Source of the DNA: the human T2T-CHM13v2.0 reference genome, Homo sapiens
Length of the DNA stretch: 64,000 nt
Assembly (NCBI RefSeq): GCF_009914755.1
Contig: NC_060928.1
Direction: 5' to 3' (one strand)
In this document: positions 51,699 to 64,000 of the stretch, one piece after another
Position numbering within the stretch: position 1 is the stretch's first letter
Layout: every line of letters starts with the position of its first letter
Translations under genes and position numbers: made by a program
Notes under the pieces: generated by a model
The model's database searches: none
The model's input: the letters and a program-made list of their open reading frames with translations, nothing else
What the model was told of the DNA's origin: nothing

Positions 51699-54600
51699 CC
51701 ACGAGTGCACAAGAGAGAATAAACTATACGTAGACATAATTGTCAAACTTTTGCTCAGTTTTAGTCTGAATGGTAAAATATTAAACAATAATGAGTATAA
51801 TTTCCAGATTATTTCTAGCGTCTAGGAAAATAAATTATCAACTAAATAGAGAAAAAACGAAAATCTTGTTAATGCTTAATGCTATTCTGTAATTTAAAAA
51901 TTTTCTAGAAAAAAATTTAGATTTATAAAGAAATTAAGCAAATACTGTAGAGTGTACCCACATATCCCACTCTCCCACAGGGTTTTCCCTGTTATTAATA
52001 TCTTATATTAGCGTGTTGCATCTGTTACTATTAATGAATCACTATTGATAAATTATTATTAATGGAATTCCATTGTTTACATAAAAGTTAACTCTTTGTG
52101 TTATACAGTTCCGCACTGTGTGTTTCGAGAAATGCATAGTGTCATCTGTATGCCACTATGGTATCACACAGTATGGTTTCACCACTATAAATATCCTCTA
52201 TGCTTTACACATTTATCATTCCCCTGTCCCAAACCCTGGAAAACTATAGATCTACACAGATTACTGTCTCCATAGTTTTGCTTTATCCAGAATGTCATAT
52301 AGTTGGAATCATACAGGATATAGTCATTTCAGGTGATCTTCTTTCTCTTAGTAATATGCATTTTGTATTGTGTATTTCATGCCTTGAGAGCTCATTTTTT
52401 TAAATCACTGAATAATTTGATTGTAGATCGAAACAAAACTCTAACACTTTGTTTAACTATTCTCCTGTTGAAACAACCTATTGGACATTTGGTTGCTTCA
52501 AGTTTGGAGCACTTATGAATAAAGCTGCTATAAACATTTGTGTGCAGGCAATTTTATAAAATAAATTTTTAACTTTTTGGGCAAGTGCCTAAAAATGTGA
52601 TTGCTGGATAACAGGAGAAGTGTATATTTAGCTTTGTAAAACACTGTCAAATTGTCTTCCAAAGTGATTACAACATTTTGCATTACTACCAACAATGAAT
52701 GAGAATTTCTGTTGCTCCACATCCTCCTTGGCATGTGGAATTAGCAGAGTTTTAGATTTTACCAGTTCTAGAGTGTGTATACTCGTATCACATTATTTTT
52801 TTAAATTGCAATTTCATAATAGCATATGATATTAAGCATCATTTCATATGCATGTAACCTGCATACCTTTTTTGATGAACTGTTTGTTCAGATCCTTTGC
52901 TCATTTTTTGGTTGGACTGTTTGTTTTCTTATTGAAAATTGAGATTAACAAGTTATTTGTATATTTTAGACATCATACTTGTATCAGATATATGTATTGA
53001 AAATATTGTTCTTCCACATTATGGGCATTATTTTCCTTCTTCCAATAGTGTATTTCTCAGAAAAGAAGTCTTTAATCTTAATAAAGTTCAACTCATCAAT
53101 TGTTTCTTTAATGGATCTCATTTTTGGTATTAATTACTAACAACTTCTCAACAAATCTCAGGTTTTTAAGATTTTTTTTCTATGATATCTTTTAGAAGCG
53201 TCATAATTTTATATTTTACATATAGGTTGATGATACATTTTGAAGTATTTTTTGTGAAAAATATAAGATCTATATCTGGATTCTTTTGTTTTGCATATAC
53301 ATGTCAAACTGTTCAAACACCTTTTATTGAGAAGGCTACCTTTGCTCCTTTGTCAAAGATCAGTGGACTACATTTGTGTGGGCTTCTTTCTAGGCTCTTT
53401 TTTCTGTGCTAGTAATCAGCTTGTCTATCCTTTTGTCAACATCACACCATTGTGATATTTATAGTAAGTCTTGATGTGGGATAATACCAGTCATCTGACT
53501 TTGTTCTTATTTAGTTTTGTGTGTGTATTGTGTGTCTTTTGCTGTTTCATTTATAAGTCATAATCAGTCTGTTGTTATCCACAAAACAATCTCCTGAAAT
53601 TTCAAATCATATTGAGTTGAATCTATTCACCAATTCGGGAAAAAAATGACATCTTAAAACTATGGAGTCTTTCTGTCCAGGAACATAGAATATCTCGTTT
53701 ATTTAGATCATCTCCAATTTATTTTATCAGAGTTTTGCAGTTGTCCTCATAAAGATACTGTTAGATCTACACTTAAATATTTCATTTGTAAATGACATTG
53801 CATTTTAACTTCAAATTCCAATTGTTCATTGCTAGATTATAAAAAAGGAATTTTGATTTGTATATTAACCTTATATTTTGCAAGTTTGTTATAATTCCTT
53901 ATTAGTTCCAGGAGAAATAATAAGAGATTCAGAGAATAAGGGAATATTTTTGTTGATTTTCTGGAATTACAGACACATCTGAGAAGGACAATACTTTTAT
54001 TTCCTCCCTTCTATATACCTTTTATTTTATTTTCTGGTCTTATTGCCTCAGCTAGGACTTCTGGTATCATGTTGAATAAGAGTAGTGAGTACGGATCTTT
54101 CTTTGTTCTAAATCATAAGAAAAAACCTTCTAGTTTCTCACCTTTAATTTGAGGTTAGCTGTATTTTTCTGTCTTTTTGTCTTTAGAGATTTTTTTTTGA
54201 GTTAAGGAATTTCCATTTATTTCTCAGTTTGCTGAAAGCTCTGATCATAAATGGGTATTGGATTTTATCAAATACTTTTCTCTGTGTATGTTGATATTTT
54301 CCTATGATTTTTCCTCTTTAGCATTCCTTCATTATCTTTTTAATATGCATGAGATCAATAGTGAAGTCTCCTTTTTGCTTCTAGTATTAAAAAATGTGCT
54401 GCTTCTCCTTTTTTATTGGTTTGCATGGCCAGAGGTCCACTACATTTATTGATATTTTCAAAGAATCAGCTTTGGTTTTGTTGAATTTCTTTATAATTCT
54501 TTTTTTCAATTTCACTAATTTTGCTTTAATATTCATATTTTCTTCTATTTTATTTGCATTGAACTTGCTCTTTCCTTTTTCTTAACATTATTGATTTTAA

Positions 54601-54863
54601 GTGTTTTTTATACATGCATGCAATATTATATACATTTGCCTTTAATTACTGGTTTTTCTGCATCCCAGAAATTTGATCAATTGTATATTCATTTTAATTC
54701 AGTTCAAAATATTTACAATTTCTCTCGAGATTTGTTTGTCCAATGTGTCATTTAGAAAACTGTCCTTTCATCTCCAAATATTTAGTATTTCCCAGCTATC
54801 TTTCTGTTACTGAGTTCCAGTTTAATTGCACTGTAGTCTGAGGGCATATATTATGTAAGTTCA

Positions 54864-57800
54864 TTTTTTAAAAACTTAAGTTCATGGGTATATGTTCAGG
54901 TTTGTTAAACAGGTAAACATATGTCATGGAGGTTTATTGTGCAGATTATTTTATCACCCAGGCGTTAAGCTTAGTACCCATTAGTTATTCTTCCTAATCT
55001 TCTCGCTCCTTCTACTCTCCACCCTCCGATATGCCCCAATGGATGTTGTTCCCCAATGTGTCCATGTGTTCTCATCATTTAGCTACCACTTACAAGTGAG
55101 AACTTCCAGTATTTGGTTTTCTGTTCCTGCATTAGTTTGCTAAAGATAATGGCCTCTAGCTCTACCCATGTTCCTTCAAAGGACATGATCTTATTCCTTT
55201 TTATGACTGCATAGAATTCCACAGTATAAATGAACCACATTTTTCTCTATTCAGTCTATCATTAATGAACATGTAGGTTAATTCCATGTCTTTGCTATTG
55301 TGAATAGTGCTGCAATGTACATACATGTGCATGCATCTTAATAATAGAACAATTTATATTTCTTTGGGGAAATAGCCAGTAATGGGATTGCTGGCTCGAA
55401 TGGTATTTCTGTCTTTATGTCTTTGAGGAATTACCACACTGTCTTCTACAATGGCTGAACTAATTTACACCCCCACCAACAGTGTATTAGCATTTTTTTT
55501 CTCCACAACCTTACCAGCATCTGTTATTTTTTGAGTTTTTAATAACAGTCAGTCTGACTGGTGTGCGATGATATGTAATTGTGGTTTTTATTTGCATTTC
55601 TCTAAAAATCAGTGATGTTGAGTTCTTTTTTTCATATGCCTGTTGGCCACATGTATGTCGTCTTTTAAGAAGTGTCTGTTCATGTCTTTTGCCTACTGTA
55701 AATTTTTTTTTGCTTTCTTCTTGTACTTTAGTTTAATTTCCTCATAGATGCTGGATACTAGATTTTTGTCAGATGCATAGTTTGCAAAAATTTTCTCCCA
55801 TTCTGTAGGCTGTCTGTTTACTTTGTTAATAGTTTCTTTTGCTATGCGGAAGCTCTTGTTTAATCAGATCTCATTTATCAATTTTTACTTTTGTTGCAAT
55901 TGTTTTTGGTGTGTTTGTCATGAAACCTTTTCTTGTGCCCATGTCCTGAATTGTATTGCCTAGGTTGTCTTCCAGGGTTTTGGTAGTTTAGGGTTTTACT
56001 TTTAAGTCTTTAATTGATCTGGAGTTAATTTTTGTATAAGGTGTAAGGAAGAGGGGCAGTTTCAATGTTCTGCATATATCTAGCCAGTTATTCCAGCACC
56101 ATTTATAGAAGAGCCAGTTATTCCAGTGCCGTTATTAGAGAATAATGCTTTCCCCATTGCTTGTTTTTGTCAGGTTTATCAAAGATCAGATGGTTGTAGG
56201 TGTGCGGGTTCTCTATTTTGTTCCACTGGTTTACGTGTCTGCTCTTGTACCAATACTAGGCTGTTTTGGTTAATGTAACCCTGTAGCTTGAAGTTAGGTA
56301 GCATGCTGCCTCCAGCTTTGTTCTTTTTGCTTAGGGTTGCCTTGACTATTTGGACTCATTTTTGGTTCCACATGAATTTTAAAATAGTGTTTTTCTAGCT
56401 CTGTGAAGAATGTCGATGGTAGTTTAATGAGAATAACATTGAATTTATAAATTGCTTTGAGCAGTATGGCCACTTGAATGATATTGATTCTTCCTATCCA
56501 TGGTCACACAATGTTTTTCCATCTGTTTGTGTCATCTCTGATTTCTGTGAGCAGTGGTTTGTAATTCTCCTTATAGATATTTTACCTTATTAGTTAGCTG
56601 TATTCCCAGGTATTTTATTATTTTTGTGGCAATTGTGAATTGGAGGTTGTTCATGATTTGCCTCTAGCTTGACTGCTGTTTGTGTGTAGGAATGATAGAA
56701 TTTTTGCACATTAATTTTGTATCCTGAGTGTTTGCTGAAGTTGTCTATCAGCTTAAGAAGCTTTGGGGGTGAGACAGTGGGGCTTTTAGATATAGGATCA
56801 TGTTGTCTGCAAACAGCAACAGTTTGATTTCTCTCTCCCAATTTAAATGCCCTTTATTTCTCTATTGCCTGAATGTCTTGGCCAGGACTTCCAGTCCTAT
56901 GTTAAATAGGAGTGGTGAGAGAGGGCCTTCTTGCCTTGTGCTGATTTTCAAAGGGAATGTTTCCAGCTTTTGCCTCTTCAGTATGATGTTGGCTGTGGGT
57001 TTGTCATAAATGGCTTTTATTATTCTGAGGTATGTTCCTTCAATATCTAGTTTATTGAGAGTTTTTAACATGAATGGATGTTGAATTTTATCGAAAGAAT
57101 TTTCTGCAACTATTGAAATAGTCATGTGGTTTTTGCCTCTAGTTCTGTTTATGTGATGAATCACATTGATTGATTTGCAGATGTTGAACCAACCTTGTAT
57201 CCTGGGGATGATGCTTACTTGATCATGATGACTAAGCTTTTTGATGTGCTGCTGGATTCAGTTTGCCAGTAATTTGTTGAGGACTTTTGCATTGATGTTC
57301 ATCAAGGATATTGGCCTGGAGTTTTCTTTTTTTGTTGCGTCTCTGCCAGGTTTTGGTATCAGGATGATGCTGGCCTCATCGAATGAGTTAGGGAGGAGTG
57401 CCTCCTTTTCAATTTTTTGGAATAGTTCAGCAGGAATAGTACCAGTTCTTTGTACATCTGGTAGAATTCAGGTGTGAATCTGTCTGGTCTTGGACTTTGT
57501 TTGGTTGGTAGGCTATGTATTACTGCCTCAATTTCAAAACTTGTTTTTGGTCTATTTGGGGATTCCTTTTTTCCCCCCATCCCTTTATTTTGAGCCTATT
57601 CCCCTCCCTCTGGGAGCTCTATTCCAGGAAATTTTCAAAACTCTAGAGGTTCCAGTTGGGAGGTCCCACCCAGTGAGGAGAAAGGATCAGGGACCTGCTT
57701 AAGGAAGCAGTCTGACCACATTTTTGTAGAACTGTGATAGGGGATCCCTTCTGCCCCATTTCAGTTTGGACTCTCCAAAGCCCACAGGTTGGAATGTCAT

Positions 57801-58464
57801 CCACATAACAAAGATGGTGGCCTGTCCCTCCCCATAGGAACTCTGTCCCAGGTAGGAGTGACACTGTTGCTGGTGTTTGGCTGGAATTTCACACCAGTGG
57901 GTCTAATCCTATGAGGCACTGTGGAAGTGGGGATCCAGACTGTCGCTGACCAGCCCATTGGATTCAGCCCCCTTCCTGGGGGTATGTACAAAGTTCCAAC
58001 CTTCCACCTTGCCAGAGTTGCAGTCAGTTTTGCCTGGAAGCCAGGCGCTGGAGTATGTTAAGCTCCTGAGTCTCTGCGTGTGCCTGAGTGGCTACTCTGC
58101 CAAGACTCCAGGCAGCTGTGTGTGTCAGACTGAAGGCCCTGATGGAGTGGGTTCATGATGGAATCTCCTTACCAGAGGGTTGAAAACATCTGTGGGAGAG
58201 GCTTGGTTTCTCTGAGTTGCACATTCACTTACTGCTTCCCTGGGCGGGGGATGTTCACCTGGCTCTGTGTTGCTCCTGGGTGAGCTTTTATCCTGTCTTG
58301 CTTTTCTTTGTTCTTCATGGGTCGAGTTGTTTCCTTGATTAGTCCCAGTGTGACTACCTGGATGTTTCAGTTGAAGGTGATGTATTTACTTGCCCCTTTC
58401 ATTCCTCTCTGTGAGAGCCACACACCATAGCTGCTTCTAGTTCAGCCACCTTGGCCCGAATCCC
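54864..58464 (-). mobile_element. Old L1PA (PA13-16-like) with both termini but internal deletions
   Basis: 3' UTR at 54864; ORF2 RT (ORF 56862-57164 [17 protein letters not shown]...[10 protein letters not shown]) to about 57570; 5' UTR about 57600-58464 ending cagccaccttggccc; degenerate TSD tatgtaagttcatt / tatgtaagctctatt. Confidence 0.92.
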
Positions 58465-59238
58465 TATGTAAGCTCTATTCCTTTAAACTAGTTAAAGTTT
58501 ATTTTATGACCCAGAATGTATTCTATTTTGGGCAATGTTCCATGTGAGCTTAAGAAGAATGTGAATTCTGCTGTTTTGGGAAGGGGTATCCTATAAATGT
58601 CAATTACATACAATTGATTGATGATGTTGTTCAGTTCAACTACACTTTTGATAATTTCTGTTTAATGGATCTATTAATTACTAACATGAGGGTGTTAAAG
58701 CCTTCAGCTGTGATCATGCATTTGCCTGTCTCTTCTTGCCTTTCAATCACTTTTGCTTCAAATGTTTTGATGCTTCATTCTTAGACACCTATACATTAAT
58801 CATTGTTATATCTTTGTGGAGAATTGATTTCTTAATAATTATGTAATGCCCTCTTTCATTCCTGATAATTTTCCTTGTTCTTAAGTCGGCTGTGTCTGAA
58901 ATTAATACACCTATGCTAGCTTTCTTTTGATTTGTGTTAGCATGATATAACCTTTACCATTGCTTTACTTTTAACCTGTATCTTGATAAAGTAGGTTTCT
59001 AAAACAATAAACAGTTGGGTTTAAAAAAATTCTCTGAAAATCTCTTTTAATTAGCATATCTTGATCATTCACATGTAAAGCGATTACTGGTATAGCTGTA
59101 TTAATATCTAAGTATTCTTAACTTTTGTAGTCATAATACTTGTTCCTTTTTTTCTTTTTTTAAACATGCCTTCTTTTTCTGTCTTCTCTGGTTTTAATTC
59201 AGTATTTTATACAATTTCATAGTTTCTCCCTCTTAGCA

Positions 59239-59431
59239 TATTAAGTCCTCACTTAATGTCACTGATAGGCTCTTGGAAACAGTGATTTTAATTGAAGCAA
59301 ATTTTTTCTCATCAATGTTATAAGAAAAAAAACTGAACAAGATGATACTATTCCAGAAACTGTTGTATTCGATTTTACTTAAAGTCACTATTTCTAAGAA
59401 CTTACTGATGATATTAAGTGAAGACTTATTA
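59239..59431. mobile_element. MER6B/C-like Tigger MITE with long TIRs
   Basis: Left taagtcctcacttaatgtcactgataggctcttggaaacagtgattttaa pairs with right ttaaagtcactatttctaagaacttactgatgatattaagtgaagactta. Confidence 0.85.
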
Positions 59432-59722
59432 TACATATCTTAAAATACATATTAGTAGTTACCCTAGAGTTTGCAGCATACAATTAAAAATGCTGTAAGT
59501 TTACTTTCAAATAACATTATACCACTTCATAGATAACACAGGTACTTTAAAATAGAATAGTCCCAGTTATTTCCTCTTAGCCCTCATAATAATGCTGTCA
59601 CTCACTTCACTTATCTATAAGCTACAATCACCAAATACATTATTGCTGTTATTTTTTTGAGCACAGAACCACTTACTAGTTCAATGAAGATTAAAAATAA
59701 TGCATGATTTTATTTTACCTTC

Positions 59723-60105
59723 TGTATGAGTCCATTCTCACACTGCTAAAAATAACTACCTGAGACTGGGTAATTTATGAAGAAAAGAGGCTTCATTGGC
59801 TCACAGTTCTGCAGGCTTAACAGAAAGCATGACTTGCGGGTCTCAGGAAACTTAAAATCATGGCAGAAGGCAAAGGAGAGGCAAGGCAAGGCATTTCTTC
59901 TCATAGCAGCAAGAGAGAGTGAAGGAGGAAGTGCCACACTTTTAAACCATCAGATCTTGTGAGAACTCACACACTGTCACAGAGAACAGCATGGGAGAAA
60001 TCTGCCCTTATAATACAGTCACCTCCCACCAGGTCCTACCTTTGACATGGGGCAATTAAAATTCCACATGAAATTGGGGTGAGGATACACAGCCAAACCA
60101 TATCA
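59723..60105 (-). mobile_element. MSTA-like solo LTR
   Basis: tgtatgagtccattctcacactgcta...agccaaaccatatca; exact 5-bp TSD CCTTC at 59718-59722 and 60106-60110. Confidence 0.94.
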
Positions 60106-61115
60106 CCTTCATTTATTCCTTCTCGTATGCCATTTTCTGCATGTATGCTAGAGTTTCTGACCTATATCATTTAACTTTTCTCACAAAGAATATGTTTGGA
60201 AAAATATTATTTTTTAATTTGCCTAAGTAAGCCTTAATAGTTTTCACGTTTGAGGAGAATTTCACTGGAAATGGAATTTTAGATTGGTCATTTTTTTTGT
60301 TTTGTTTTGTTTTGTTTTCAGTCAACACTTTAAATATTTCACTGACTCTCTTCTTGCTTTCCTGGTTTTGGAACAGAAAGGCAATATAAGTTCATCCTTG
60401 CTCCTCCATAAGTAAGGTCTGTTTGTGCTCCCCCACCTTCCCATCCTAAGCTTCTGCCAATATTTTCTCTTTGAGTTTGTTTTTATAGTGTGAGTATGAC
60501 ATGGACAGATGTAGATTTTTGTTACTTTTTTTTGTTGTTATTTATCCTGCTTGGGGTTTTCTGGGCTTCCTGGGTCTGTGGTTTGGTGTCTGTCATTAAT
60601 TTTAATTTTGGAAAGTCTTCTGGCATTATTACTTCATGTATTTCTTCTGTTCCTTTCTCTTTCTTCTCCTATGGTTATTTCTGTTATGCATATGTCACAC
60701 CTTTGGTGATTGTCCTATAGTTTTTGGCCATTCTCTTTCATTTTTTTCAATTATTATTTTTTTCTTCTTTGTTTGAAAATGACAATTGTTATACCATCAG
60801 GCTCACTGACTCCTTCCTCAACTATGTCTGGTCACCTGAAGATCCCGCCAAAGGTGTTCTTTATTTCTGTCAGTGTTTTTTATTTCTAGTGTTTTATTTT
60901 AATTTATCTTAGATTTTCCATCTATCTGCTCACATTACCCATATATTCTTATATGTTGTTTACTTCTCCTATTAGAGACCTTAGCATAATAATAATTTTC
61001 ATTTGAAAGCCCTTATCTAGTAATTTCAAATTGGTGTTGTATCTGAATCAGCTCTGATGTATGCTTTGTTTCTCCAAACTTTTTTCTTGGTTTTTAACAT
61101 ACCTAGAAACTGTTG

Positions 61116-61242
61116 GGTCCTAGCTCACTACCTGGGTGACAGGATCACTGATATCACAAATCTCAGCATCACATCCATATTACACACCTGCACATGTTCT
61201 CTTTGAATCTAAAATAAAAGTTGAAATTGTTGAAAAAAAAAA
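61116..61242 (+). mobile_element. Short L1PB4-like 3' tail inserted in L1MC
   Basis: gctcactacctgggtgacaggatcactg...tctcagcatcac...acctgcacatg...gaatctaaaataaaagttgaaatt. Confidence 0.85.
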
Positions 61243-61961
61243 GCACCTAAACTAATTTATCTGGTAATAGAAACTGAAGTAATTAGAGCTGTAGTTTTAT
61301 TTGAAGTTTTATTCTGATCTGTCTAGGAATGGGACTACATTTAATATTTGCTGTAGCTGCAAATAAGGCTCTGGTAAGGTAGCTTCTCTTAGGGGCAGGA
61401 TTTTGTTGGAGAAAGATCTTGTCATATTTTTAAATGATGACTTACTTTCGTGCTTCCCCTGCTTGAATCACAAGGGAATTTTTCTCCATCCAACCGCAAG
61501 AATCTTGTGAAGCTCCTGAAGGTAAAACTCATGAAAATGTAGGGCGGATTCCCTTAAGACTGGGACCCCAGAAGCTTTTAATTCTAAAGCAGTCCACAGT
61601 CTCCAGCAACTCGTCAGTACAGTTTAAATTTCAGTGTTTCTACCAGGTACTGGCTCCAGTGACTTCTGCTCAGGATAAACTGATCTCAGCTGTGATTATA
61701 TGTATTTGCCTGTCTACCCACTTTTCAGAGTGGACTTTTCTCTGTGACCTCAACTTTCTGATGGACCTAGGAAAAGTCAATGATTTTTAGTTTATTTAGG
61801 TTTAATTGTTGCTGTTTTGTTTTGGGATCAAAAATGATAACTTTCAAGCTTTTTATGTATTGGAACAGAAACAAAAGTATCCAATAAGTTTTTAATGGCT
61901 ACTTTTTTCTTATTTTAGAGGTTGACAAATGGGATGAAATCTTTGATAGGCAATAAACTTA

Positions 61962-64000
<2,039 letters not shown>

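Larger units (their letters stand above)
51900..61878 (-). mobile_element. Near full-length L1MC1/2-like LINE-1 hosting four later insertions
   Basis: L1MC 3' UTR (agagtgtacccacatatcccac...ccctgttattaatatctt), antisense ORF2 to about 54860, resuming at 58465, ORF1/5' region to an L1MC-like 5' end ctttcaagctttttatgtattggaacagaaacaaaagt. Confidence 0.82.

Overview
Very AT-rich primate (probably human) genomic DNA with the character of a gene desert or large intron. Most of the window is fossil transposable elements. LINE-1s of many ages are present (L1MB, L1MC, L1MA, L1PB, old L1PA), several nested. SINEs include AluS, AluJ and a FAM monomer. LTR elements include MaLR (THE1, MST, MLT1), ERV1/ERVK/ERVL LTRs and ERVL internal remnants. 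DNA transposons include Cheshire, MER58A, MER5A, Tigger4b and MER6. I found no recognisable protein-coding gene, tRNA, rRNA, CRISPR array or CpG island, and nearly all listed ORFs are repeat-derived or chance. Subfamily names come from my recall of consensus sequences, not a search, and need RepeatMasker/Dfam confirmation. The most unusual structures are: (1) a circularly permuted THE1 element whose two half-LTRs break at the same 17-nt point; (2) one homologous L1 position hit by two independent Alu insertions and an inversion junction; (3) two twin-priming L1 inversions; (4) an L1PA with both ends and a TSD but two internal deletions; (5) a near full-length Cheshire hAT transposon with a three-level nest; and (6) candidate minus-strand exons plus a 181-codon orphan ORF in non-repeat DNA. 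I cannot support a claim of a new biological system from sequence alone.
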